Assembly (NCBI GenBank): GCA_951406725.2
Contig: OX597817.1
Span: 27,032,001 to 27,096,000, forward strand
Source: Octopus vulgaris
Lineage: Eukaryota
Direction: 5' to 3'
Length of the DNA: 64,000 nucleotides
How positions within the stretch are numbered: the first letter of the stretch is position 1; every line of letters begins with the position of its first letter. A program made the position numbers and the translations under genes. Shown here piece by piece: positions 27,292-39,912 of this stretch. Below the pieces are notes generated by a model that was given only the letters and a program-made list of their open reading frames with translations, made no database searches and was not told the origin of the DNA.

Positions 27292-28641
27292 ATGCAAGAG
27301 CAGACTTACGCGCGAGCGGCAAGCAGAGGCCTAGTCGCCAGTGAAAAGGAAATGGAGGAAGTGGTGGTCGAACAGAAGACGTTACAGAAGTATTTCGACA
27401 GTTTAAAGAGGGAGGGTGACTGCGTAAGAGTCACACCGTCCGAGGAGGAGGAAAGCAGTGCAGAGAAGCGTACTATAACGTACAGGACGTGGTGCGTGGA
27501 GTCGAAGAAAATTGAAGTAGCGGAAATAGAAGAAGTAGAAAAGTGTCTGAAGGAAATTGAGGGTGAACCCACATTTTTCAAAGAGGAAAGAAATATGCCA
27601 CGGTTGTGGTATATTTTGAAACAGAAGATGAGGCAAAAAAGAATGCAACAAGAATTTTGAAGTCGGATAAGTGGTCTTTGTTACCAAGTTACTGCGGAAG
27701 GAGAGCAGTGAGGATGAGAATCAATAGAATCTCACCCGAATTTAATATGGAAAGGTTGCTGGCAGCAGTGCTGTTTAACTGCAAGGATGATGTGGAAGTA
27801 CTGAAGGTGGAGAAGTCAGCAGAGGTGAAGTGGTGGGGATATACGGTGCAGGTTCTGGCACACATAACCGTGAGGGACCTGTACAACATCCCGGAGGAGT
27901 TGGTCTACCCTGACGAGACTCGGCTCCGAGTTGTGGTAGAGGGAAGACCCCCAATTTGCTATAATTGTAAATCGAGGGGCCACATGAAGGATGTGTGCCC
28001 TCGGGAAAAAACAAAAGCACCAGAGGTTGTGATAGAGGAGTGTAAAGATGCGTGTGTGGAGGAAGCGAAAGCGGAGGAAACACGAATGGAGGAGCAGTTA
28101 AATGAGGAAGAACGAGCAAGTGTAGAAGAGGAAAAAACAGAAGAGGAAAAAACAGAAGATAGAAAGAGATCAAGGGTGGAATCACCACCGAAAGATCTAA
28201 AAAAGAAAAAATCAAAAGTAAGATGGCAGAAGAGAGAGAAGAGAAAACATACAAAGGACAGGAAGTAAAAGAGAAGGAGAGAGAGCGGCCAAGGACAGAG
28301 TTTGAACAAAAATGGGAGAAAGAGTGAACGAACAATTGGAATCGTGTAAATATGGAAGAAGACCTACAGGAAAAAACTTGAAGGCAGTTGTGATGTATAT
28401 CAAGAATACAGAAGTGGAAAAGAGACTTGTAGGTAAGAAAGGGTTGGTCAGGGTGAAGGTGAACCCAAAACTGTATGGTGAAGATGTAAAAGGCGTCATT
28501 ATAGACAAAGAGACATACATAAAATTAAAAAAGATATATAATGCTATGCACATAGTGCATTATGTACGGTATGATAAATTACCAGATGTAATAGATCAAA
28601 TGGATCTATTGGATTATATGACGGACGAGCGTCTAACGTAA
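27292..28641 (+). pseudogene. ORF1-like CDS, unit 4, several single-base indels
   Basis: ORFs 27286-27660, 27606-28268 and 28312-28641. Confidence 0.75.
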
Positions 28642-29152
28642 AAGAAAAAGAATTAGAATTGTTAATTGTAAATTGTATGATGTAAAGTTGTATTTTGAAC
28701 AAGAATATATGTAATGTTAACATGTAAATTGTAAAATTATTGTACTTTGAACTGAATATATGTAACTGGAAAAACTGTATTTTGAACTAGAATATATGAA
28801 ATGTAAAATTGTAAAATTATTGTAACTGTAAAATTGTATTGGAATATATGAAATGTATAATTGTATTTTAAACGGAACTGCGAGTTGGGGGTTCGTAAGC
28901 CGTTCCATCTCATTACATAAAATTCATTCTTACCTCATACTTTATTTTATTTATGTACCCCATGTCCCGTCTTGTAATGTCCCCCTCTTCGTCGCCCCTT
29001 GTGGGTAATAAAAAAAATCCGTCTTCGACTTTTAGTCTTTGAGTTAGTTAGTTGGAGTTATTCTGGTGTGTTATTCTGGTGTGTTTATTTCAAGAGAAGA
29101 GGTTGTGAGTTCGAGTTCGTTGGAGGACGTGGAATAATTTTTTTTCTTGAAA

Positions 29153-30500
29153 ATGCAAGAGCAGACTTACGCGCGAGCGGCAAGCAGAGGCCTAGTCGCC
29201 AGTGAAAAGGAAATGGAGGAAGTGGTGGTCGAACAGAAGACTTTACAGAAGTATTTCGACAGTTTAAAGAGGGAGGGTGACTGCGTAAGAGTCACACCGT
29301 CCGAGGAGGAGGAAAGCAGTGCAGAGAAGCGTACTATAACGTACAGGACGTGGTGCGTGGAGTCGAAGAAAATTGAAGTAGCGGAAATAGAAGAAGTAGA
29401 AAAGTGTCTGAAGGAAATTGAGGGTGAACCCACATTTTTCAAAAGAGGAAAGAAATATGCCACGGTTGTGGTATATTTTGAAACAGAAGATGAGGCAAAA
29501 AAGAATGCAACAAGAATTTTGAAGTCGGATAAGTGGACTTTGTTACCAAGTTACTGCGGAAGGAGAGCAGTGAGGATGAGAATCAATAGAATCTCACCCG
29601 AATTTAATATGGAAAGGTTGCTGGCAGCAGTGCTGTTTAACTGCAAGGATGATGTGGAAGTACTGAAGGTGGAGAAGTCAGCAGAGGTGAAGTGGTGGGG
29701 ATATACGGTGCAGGTTCTGGCACACATAACCGTGAGGGACCTGTACAACATCCCGGAGGAGTTGGTCTACCCTGACGAGACTCGGCTCCGAGTTGTGGTA
29801 GAGGGAAGACCCCCAATTTGCTATAATTGTAAATCGAGGGGCCACATGAAGGATGTGTGCCCTCGGGAAAAAACAAAAGCACCAGAGGTTGTGATAGAGG
29901 AGTGTAAAGATGCGTGTGTGGAGGAAGCGAAAGCGGAGGAAACACGAATGGAGGAGCAGTTAAATGAGGAAGAACGAGCAAGTGTAGAAGAGGAAAACAG
30001 AAGAGGAAAAAACAGAAGATAGAAAGAGATCAAGGGTGGAATCACCACCGAAAGATCTAAAAAAGAAAAAATCAAAAGTAAGATAGCAGAAGAGAGAAGA
30101 GAAAACATACAAAGGACAGGAAGTAAAAGAGAAGGAGAGAGAGCGGACAAGGACAGAGTTTGAACAAAAATGGGAGACAAGAGTGAACGAACAATTGGAA
30201 TCGTGTAAATATGGAAGAAGACCTACAGGAAAAAACTTGAAGGCAGTTGTGATGTATATCAAGAATACAGAAGTGGAAAAGAGACTTGTAGGTAAGAAAG
30301 GGTTGGTCAGGGTGAAGGTGAACCCAAAACTGTATGGTGAAGATGTAAAAGGCGTCATTATAGACAAAGAGACATACATAAAATTAAAAAAGATATATAA
30401 TGCTATGCACATAGTGCATTATGTACGGTATGATAAATTACCAGATGTAATAGATCAAATGGATCTATTGGATTATATGACGGACGAGCGTCTAACGTAA
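29153..30500 (+). pseudogene. ORF1-like CDS, unit 5, indels in A-rich tracts at ~29995-30100
   Basis: ORFs 29147-30022 and 30183-30500. Confidence 0.75.
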
Positions 30501-30994
30501 AAGAATTAGAATTAGAATTGTAAATTGTATGATGTAAAGTTGTATTTTGAACAAGAATATATGTAATGTTAACATGTAAATTGTAAAATTATTGTACTTT
30601 GAACTGAATATATGTAACTGGAAAAACTGTATTTTGAACTAGAATATATGAAATGTAAAATTGTAAAATTATTGTAACTGTAAAATTGTATTGGAATATA
30701 TGAAATGTACAATTGTATTTTAAACGGAACTGCGAGTTGGGGGTTCGTAAGCCGTTCCATCTCATTACATAAAATTCATTCTTACCTCATACTTTATTTT
30801 ATTTATGTACCCCATGTCCTGTCTTGTAATGTCCCCCTCTTCGTCGCCCCTTGTGGGTAATAAAAAAATCCAGTCTTCGACTTTTAGTCTTTGAGTTAGT
30901 TAGTTGGTTGGAGTTATTCTGGTGTGTTTATTTCAAGAGAAGAGGTTGTGAGTTCGAATTCGTCGGAGGACGTGGAATAATTTTTTTCTTGAAA

Positions 30995-32348
30995 ATGCAA
31001 GAGCAGACTTACGCGCGAGCGGCAAGCAGAGGCCTAGTCGCCAGTGAAAAGGAAATGGAGGAAGTGGTGGTCGAACAGAAGACTTTACAGAAGTATTTCG
31101 ACAGTTTAAAGAGGGAGGGTGACTGCGTAAGAGTCACACCGTCCGAGGAGGAGGAAAGCAGTGCAGAGAAGCGTACTATAACGTACAGGACGTGGTGCGT
31201 GGAGTCGAAGAAAATTGAAGTAGCGGAAATAGAAGAAGTAGAAAAGTGTCTGAAGGAAATTGAGGGTGAACCCACATTTTTCAAAAGAGGAAAGAAATAT
31301 GCCACGGTTGTGGTATATTTTGAAACAGAAGATGAGGCAAAAAAGAATGCAACAAGAATTTTGAAGTCGGATAAGTGGACTTTGTTACCAAGTTACTGCG
31401 GAAGGAGAGCAGTGAGGATGAGAATCAATAGAATCTCACCCGAATTTAATATGGAAAGGTTGCTGGCAGCAGTGCTGTTTAACTGCAAGGATGATGTGGA
31501 AGTACTGAAGGTGGAGAAGTCAGCAGAGGTGAAGTGGTGGGGATATACGGTGCAGGTTCTGGCACACATAACCGTGAGGGACCTGTACAACATCCCGGAG
31601 GAGTTGGTCTACCCTGACGAGACTCGGCTCCGAGTTGTGGTAGAGGGAAGACCCCCAATTTGCTATAATTGTAAATCGAGGGGCCACATGAAGGATGTGT
31701 GCCCTCGGGAAAAAAACAAAAGCACCAGAGGTTGTGATAGAGGAGTGTAAAGATGCGTGTGTGGAGGAAGCGAAAGCGGAGGAAACACGAATGGAGGAGC
31801 AGTTAAATGAGGAAGAACGAGCAAGTGTAGAAGAGGAAAAAACAGAAGAGGAAAAAACAGAAGATAGAAAGAGATCAAGGGTGGAATCACCACCGAAAGA
31901 TCTAAAAAAGAAAAAAATCAAAAGTAAGATAGCAGAAGAGAGAGAAGAGAAAACATACAAAGGACAGGAAGTAAAAGAGAAGGAGAGAGAGCGGCCAAGG
32001 ACAGAGTTTGAACAAAAATGGGAGACAAGAGTGAACGAACAATTGGAATCGTGTAAATATGGAAGAAGACCTACAGGAAAAAACTTGAAGGCAGTTGTGA
32101 TGTATATCAAGAATACAGAAGTGGAAAAGAGACTTGTAGGTAAGAAAGGGTTGGTCAGGGTGAAGGTGAACCCAAAACTGTATGGTGAAGATGTAAAAGG
32201 CGTCATTATAGACAAAGAGACATACATAAAATTAAAAAAGATATATAATGCTATGCACATAATGCATTATGTACGGTATGATAAATTACCAGATGTAATA
32301 GATCAAATGGATCTATTGGATTATATGACGGACGAGCGTCTAATGTAA
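30995..32348 (+). pseudogene. ORF1-like CDS, unit 6, one extra A at ~31715
   Basis: ORFs 30851-31750 and 31695-32348 overlap across a homopolymer. Confidence 0.75.
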
Positions 32349-32852
32349 AAGAATTAGAATTGTTAATTGTAAATTGTATGATGTAAAGTTGTATTTTGAA
32401 CAAGAATATATGTAATGTTAACATGTAAATTGTAAAATTATTGTACTTTGAACTGAATATATGTAACTGGAAAAACTGTATTTTGAACTAGAATATATGA
32501 AATGTAAAATTGTAAAATTATTGTAACTGTAAAATTGTATTGGAATATATGAAATGTATAATTGTATTTTAAACGGAACTGCGAGTTGGGGGTTCGTAAG
32601 CCGTTCCATCTCATTACATAAAATTCATTCTTTACTTCATATTTTATTTTATTTTATGTACCCCATGTCCCGTCTTGTAATGTCCCCCTCTTCGTGGCCC
32701 CTTGTGGGTAATAAAAAAACAGTCTTCGACTTTTAGTCTTTGAGTTAGTTAGTTGGAGTTATTCTGGTGTGTTATTCTGGTGTGTTTATTTCAAGAGAAG
32801 AGGTTGTGAGTTCGAATTCGTCGGAGGACGTGGAATAATTTTTTTCTTGAAA

Positions 32853-34196
32853 ATGCAAGAGCAGACTTACGCGCGAGCGGCAAGCAGAGGCCTAGTCGCC
32901 AGTGAAAAGGAAATGGAGGAAGTGGTGGTCGAACAGAAGACTTTACAGAAGTATTTCGACAGTTTAAAGAGGGAGGGTGACTGCGTAAGAGTCACACCGT
33001 CCGAGGAGGAGGAAAGCAGTGCAGAGAAGCGTACTATAACGTACAGGACGTGGTGCGTGGAGTCGAAGAAAATTGAAGTAGCGGAAATAGAAGAAGTAGA
33101 AAAGTGTCTGAAGGAAATTGAGGGTGAACCCACATTTTTCAAAGAGGAAAGAAATATGCCACGGTTGTGGTATATTTTGAAACAGAAGATGAGGCAAAAA
33201 AAGAATGCAACAAGAATTTTGAAGTCGGATAAGTGGACTTTGTTACCAAGTTACTGCGGAAGGAGAGCAGTGAGGATGAGAATCAATAGAATCTCACCCG
33301 AATTTAATATGGAAAGGTTGCTGGCAGCAGTGCTGTTTAACTGCAAGGATGATGTGGAAGTACTGAAGGTGGAGAAGTCAGCAGAGGTGAAGTGGTGGGG
33401 ATATACGGTGCAGGTTCTGGCACACATAACCGTGAGGGACCTGTACAACATCCCGGAGGAGTTGGTCTACCCTGACGAGACTCGGCTCCGAGTTGTGGTA
33501 GAGGGAAGACCCCCAATTTGCTATAATTGTAAATCGAGGGGCCACATGAAGGATGTGTGCCCTCGGGAAAAAACAAAAGCACCAGAGGTTGTGATAGAGG
33601 AGTGTAAAGATGCGTGTGTGGAGGAAGCGAAAGCGGAGGAAACACGAATGGAGGAGCAGTTAAATGAGGAAGAACGAGCAAGTGTAGAAGAGGAAAAAAC
33701 AGAAGAGGAAAAAACAGAAGATAGAAAGAGATCAAGGGTGGAATCACCACCGAAAGATCAAAAAAAGAAAAAAATCAAAAGTAAGATAGCAGAAGAGAAA
33801 ACATACAAAGGACAGGAAGTAAAAGAGAAGGAGAGAGAGCGGACAAGGACAGAGTTTGAACAAAAATGGGAGACAAGAGTGAACGAACAATTGGAATCGT
33901 GTAAATATGGAAGAAGACCTACAGGAAAAAACTTGAAGGCAGTTGTGATGTATATCAAGAATACAGAAGTGGAAAAGAGACTTGTAGGTAAGAAAGGGTT
34001 GGTCAGGGTGAAGGTGAACCCAAAACTGTATGGTGAAGATGTAAAAGGCGTCATTATAGACAAAGAGACATACATAAAATTAAAAAAGATATATAATGCT
34101 ATGCATATAACGCATTATGTACGGTATGATAAATTACCAGATGTAATAGATCAAATGGATCTATTGGATTATATGACGGACGAGCGTCTAATGTAA
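32853..34196 (+). CDS. ORF1/Gag-like nucleic-acid-binding protein (Tx1-ORF1/ZCCHC3-like), unit 7, 447 aa open frame
   Basis: ATG at 32853 (MQEQTYARAA), motif IPEELVYPDETRLRVVVEGRPPICYNCKSRGHMKDVCP (CCHC knuckle), E/K-rich linker, stop at 34196. A compensated -1/+1 indel pair near 33140-33200 replaces RGKKYATVVVYFETEDEA with EERNMPRLWYILKQKMRQ. Confidence 0.8.
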   Translation: MQEQTYARAASRGLVASEKEMEEVVVEQKTLQKYFDSLKREGDCVRVTPSEEEESSAEKRTITYRTWCVESKKIEVAEIEEVEKCLKEIEGEPTFFKEERNMPRLWYILKQKMRQKKNATRILKSDKWTLLPSYCGRRAVRMRINRISPEFNMERLLAAVLFNCKDDVEVLKVEKSAEVKWWGYTVQVLAHITVRDLYNIPEELVYPDETRLRVVVEGRPPICYNCKSRGHMKDVCPREKTKAPEVVIEECKDACVEEAKAEETRMEEQLNEEERASVEEEKTEEEKTEDRKRSRVESPPKDQKKKKIKSKIAEEKTYKGQEVKEKERERTRTEFEQKWETRVNEQLESCKYGRRPTGKNLKAVVMYIKNTEVEKRLVGKKGLVRVKVNPKLYGEDVKGVIIDKETYIKLKKIYNAMHITHYVRYDKLPDVIDQMDLLDYMTDERLM

Positions 34197-35654
34197 AAGA
34201 ATTAGAATTGTTAATTGTAAATTGTATGATGTAAAGTTGTATTTTGAACAGGAATATATGTAATGTTAACATGTAAATTGTAAAATTATTGTACTTTGAA
34301 CTGGAATATATGTAACTGGAAAAACTGTATTTTGAACTAGAATATATGAAATGTAAAATTGTAAAATTATTGTAACTGTAAAATTGTATTGGAATATATG
34401 AAATGTACAATTGTATTTTAAACGGAACTGCGAGTTGGGGGTTCGTAAGCCGTTCCATCTCATTACATATAATTCATCTTTACTTCATATTTTATTTTAT
34501 TTTATGTACCCCATGTCCCGTCTTGTAATGTCCCCCTCTTCGTCGCCCCTTGTGGGTAATAAAAAAACTTTAGTTCTTCTCAGAGCTCTTAGGCTTTTAG
34601 TTTCAGTCCTTCTCAGGGCGAACCTCTGACCACACAGCTCGTCTTAGGCTTTTAGTTCTTTTAAGAACTAAGTCTCTGACCACACAGAGAATACTCGACC
34701 AAGTTCCAGTTCGAGGCAGGCGACCACCATTAATACAAGATGTTACAGATACCTCTCATACTGTTAGTGTGAAATATCACCATGAAGAAAACGGTTACAA
34801 GATATCTATAACTAGAGAAAAATAACCAAGCAGAACATATAATGAAGAAGCAGCAAGAACCAATCGACAAACATCGAAGATTTAAATTGTACACGAGACA
34901 ACTACAGATTCAACTATAGCGGTTAGGTGAAATTCTCGCCACGAAGAAAACGGCTACAGTAACATGTCTGGAAGTATATTCATATCAAGAGAAAGATAAA
35001 CACAACGAGTGATTCAATTAATCTCAACTGCGACACGCAATATCTTGATATGGAACTCTTACGCTGTACCTCTTGAAACGGTAAATCAATTATCTGTTCT
35101 TGGGTTCTAGTTTCTTCTAAGAACTACCTTAAGCCATCTGTTATTACCTGTTGCCAAGCCGATACCAACAACATTAACTGTGAATCAAATCCCATCGTCT
35201 TTCACTGGTCAGTACCTTTTTACGCCTAACGAACACACAGACACAAAAACATGCGAACACTTACAAACTTCCAACATCAAACATGATTGTAAAATATGTA
35301 AAATAAATAATGTATATATCTTAAAAAGAAATCTTGTTGTCATTCCAAACTTATGTGTATTGCCGCTGCATGTATTATATAGTCAGTAAATAAATTATTA
35401 AGAATGGGATCGCGTGCGATGGTATATTCTATACGATGCGACCGCATGTGATCCTATTTTTATAACCTTATTTGAAATGGATCTCCAATCCTTCTGACAG
35501 ATTTAAACCTATACTACCACAATTAGACCCCTCCCCACGTATTTTACTGTTGGTTCTGTTCTTATTGTGTAGTTTGGTTTTATTTAATATTTTCTCATTG
35601 ACTCAAGATGCTTTCTGCTTTCTATACTAGAAGCCGCTTTCTTTACTAGAAGCC

Positions 35655-35916
35655 TGTGTCATCTCTTGTGAAAGGTAGGAGAGTCCAGTTTGCTGGACAT
35701 TGTTGTAGAGCTGAAAAAGAGGTAATTTCTACTCTTCTCCTCTGGAAGCCATCTACCCGCAATACCAGAGGGCGCACACTCTCCTACCCTGATGTAATCT
35801 CCAGGAATACAGGCATCCAGCAACAGGACCTCCGTAATGATATGATGGACCGTGAAGTCTGGCGTAGCATGGTAAATTCCATTGTCTCGACCACGGTCGA
35901 ACAATGATGAATGATG
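35655..35916 (+). mobile_element. 5'-truncated RTE-clade LINE 3' end with target-site duplication
   Basis: RRVQFAGHCCRAE...LLLWKP...RGR..SYPDVI...DREVWR is typical of RTE ORF2 C-termini; tgatgaatgatg tail; agaagcc at 35648-35654 and 35917-35923. Confidence 0.8.
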
Positions 35917-36044
35917 AGAAGCCGCTCCAGCTTCTATCACCTTAGCAACTATTACGACCTCTGTTATTGTTGTTACTAATGCTGATGCCACTGGTTATGA
36001 AATGAACAGAACAAAACAATGTGCAAATAAATGCCTATAAGCAT

Positions 36045-36079
<35 letters not shown>

Positions 36080-36917
36080 ACCATGTGATGTTTGTCAATG
36101 AACAAGCAAAATTACACCAAAACACCGGTGCCAAACTCCTCAATGATGCCATATGGCACTTGTGTTTTCTTTTTTGGTTTTTTTTTGTAAACCCTTGTTG
36201 CTGTCTGATTTTGTCCATTGCTCAACACCTTTAATCCTTTCCATGCCCATCTCTCAGGTTTTACGGTTCTGTTGACAGAACCGTTCGCTCTCATGTCACC
36301 TTCCAGCCTGAAGGAACTCCCTCCCCCATCCAGTGATGTGCCGCCGTATCTATTACTGCACATTCGTCTCATAGAAACTCACCGTTTTCTTCCTTATTAC
36401 ATATGTTTCTGTGCATGCATATGTACGTACGTACGCAAGTATACACAAACACACATATAATATATATCGTGAAAGCTAGTTACTCATAGCCAATTTAACT
36501 AAAACCTTGCCATATATATTCATACATTAAAGTTATTTACACAACAACATCAGTTCTCCTGTTTGTTTGCCAAACGTTTTGGCTTGCATGGTGCCAGAAG
36601 TTATGTGGTATTGGTTTTTTGCTGGGAATACCATTGTAAAGTGCTTTTTTATTGAAGCACTGAGTGAAACGCATATCTCAGCCACTGCTATTTAATTTGA
36701 AGTGTTTGTAACATAATACGGAGTGGAGCAAATAAAATATCAATGAATGCTCTCATAAGCAAGCCTTCCTTTAATAGATATTGTTTTTGTTTTTTTTCCT
36801 GTTTTCTGTTTTCTTTTCATCTACTTCTTCATGGTGACACTCAAACACTTTCCATTGCGGTTCACAAGTGGATTTGTTTCTGTTTGCACATGTGTGCATA
36901 TATCTATTACCTTCTTT

Positions 36918-37705
<788 letters not shown>

Positions 37706-38215
37706 CGTGCATGCACATACTCACATGTACACACATATATATGAAGGTTTAAGTCTTTGTGGGTAGACATGTGTGACCTGTATAGTTGTAAGTTTATATA
37801 TATGTGTGCATGTTTATATATGTACTTGTGTGAATGAATACACTATGTGTGTGCAATTCCATTTTTGTTTTTGTTTTTGTTTTTACATCATTCCACTGCT
37901 TTGAATTCTTTTTTTTTAAATTTTTTTTTGTCAATATAAATTTATTTCAGCTTCTCTTTCAATATTTAGTTACCAATAACGTTTCAATAAGGTATTTCTT
38001 TCTTTTTGCATGAAATGTTAACACCTTCATAAATTTGATAAATATATATATATTCACAGTTGTCACCACTCACTTATAAAACAAGCCGAGTATCTTAACA
38101 TTGCATTGTTTTCCACCATTAGTGAAATGACTCACCTTGCCCAGGTGTTAATAAGTAAAGTTGAAATCCCTTCTAGTCTTCGAGGTTTAAAAGTTTAAAG
38201 CTTGTGACTAGCACC

Positions 38216-38597
38216 TTTACTCTTTTACTCTTTTACTTGTTTCAGTCATTTTTTACTGCGGCCATGCTGGAGCACCGCCTTTAGTCGAGCAACTCGACCC
38301 CGGGACTTATTCTTTGTAAGCCCAGTACTTATTCTATCGGTATCTTTTGCCGAACCGCTAAGTGACGGGGACGTAAACACACCAGCATCGGTTGTCAAGC
38401 AATGCTAGGGATATACATATATATACATATATACGACAGGCTTCTTTCAGTTTCCGTCTACCAAAATCCACTCACAAGGCATTGGTCGGCCCGGGGCTAT
38501 AGCAGAAGACACTTGCCCAAGATGCCACGCAGTGGGACTGAACCCGGAACCATGTGGTTGGTAAACAAGCTACTTACCACGCAGCCACTCCTGCGCC
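38216..38597 (-). mobile_element. SINE family A
   Basis: Reverse match. Confidence 0.85.
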
Positions 38598-38741
38598 TTT
38601 ATGTGCAATTAATTCATCCGATGCTCAATGCTATCTTAAATATTACAAGTTCTAATCCAATAAGATTTTTCTTTGATAGACAAATGATAAGTAATGCATA
38701 AGAAATTAAATGTAACTGTGGAGAAATTAAAACAAAAATGA

Positions 38742-38922
38742 GGCGTAGGAGTGGCTGAGTGGTAAGTAGCTTGCTTAAGAACCACATGGTTCCGGGTTCA
38801 GTCCTACTGCGTGGCACCTTGCACAAGTGTCTTCTACTATTGCCTCGGGCTGACCAAAGCCTTGTGAATGGATTTGGTAGACGGAAACTGAAAGAAGCCC
38901 ATCGTATATATGTGTATATATG

Positions 38923-38969
<47 letters not shown>

Positions 38970-39158
38970 TTGTGTGTCTGTCTTTGTCCCCCCAACGTCT
39001 CTTGACAACCGATGCTGGTGTGTTTACGTCCCGGTAACATAACGGTTTGGAAAAGAGACCGCTAGAATAAGTACTAGGCTTACAAAGAATAAGTCCTGGG
39101 GTTGATTTGCTCGACTTAAGGCGATATACTCCAGCATGACTAAAACAAGTAAAAGAGT
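38742..39158 (+). mobile_element. SINE family A
   Basis: Forward match. Confidence 0.85.
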
Positions 39159-39840
39159 ATATATATATATATATATCTTTTTTTCTTTTTATTACCTACA
39201 TGCTTATAAAAAAAACAGACATCTAGTCTTATTGGTAAAATAACGAAATAATTATGATATAGAGCATTTTGTGAATTCAAATTTGAAACAGGACATAATT
39301 CAACGTGGAATATAACTAATTTTTATTTAAAAGGTCAATGAAAACAACGCTTTCATAAACAAACTTCGATATTTACGAACATTTAATTAGACTAGACAAT
39401 TTATGCCGCAGACAATATATACACATAAATTTTCGTGGATGCAATACAGTCATGTAAATGACTATGAGTGAAGCGGAAATCAGATAACGTATCTACATTG
39501 AAACTAGAAGAAATTATTTTGTTGTGGTTAGACTATGACTAAAGTATAGCTGGGGAGTAATAGAGAAGAAGATATTATATAGTTTATCAATGACTGTTGA
39601 ATGAAAAATCTCAAGGAGAGAAGAGATTGGCAAAAACTTTGTTTCTCTTCGAATAGCCACAATGTGGTCTCACAAGATAATGTCGAGGAGGTGGATGATT
39701 TGAACGACTTATAGCATATTATGTTCTACTGTTTCATTTATGCTACTTTTATACAATATTTATTTTCCAATCCTTGTATCATTCAGTCAGTCAGTCAGAC
39801 AGTAATTCATTCATACATACATACATACATACATACATAC

Positions 39841-39871
<31 letters not shown>

Positions 39872-39881
39872 CATACATACA

Positions 39882-39912
<31 letters not shown>

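Larger units (their letters stand above)
21587..34567 (+). mobile_element. Tandem array of 7 head-to-tail copies of an ORF1-only (non-autonomous) L1/Tx1-like retroelement, unit ~1.85 kb
   Basis: Units at 21587-23434, 23435-25295, 25296-27156, 27157-29018, 29019-30870, 30871-32719 and 32720-34567. Each starts (c)agtcttcgacttttagtc or ccgtcttcg and ends gccccttgtgggtaataa(a/g)n. Each has one ORF1-like CDS and no RT or endonuclease motifs. Confidence 0.85.

Noticed and set aside
21734-34463. Recurrent minus-strand ORFs in the array
   Set aside because: Antisense shadows of the purine-rich ORF with F/S/L bias; they recur only because the unit is repeated.
21587-34567. LTR retrotransposon, endogenous virus, histone cluster or rDNA interpretation of the array
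   Set aside because: No LTRs, PBS, protease, RT or integrase, and no histone or rRNA similarity; the units end in AATAAA plus an A run.
21572-34586. ttctcaga on both sides of the array as a target-site duplication
   Set aside because: It does not abut either element end (about 7-9 nt offsets), so it is not a clean TSD.
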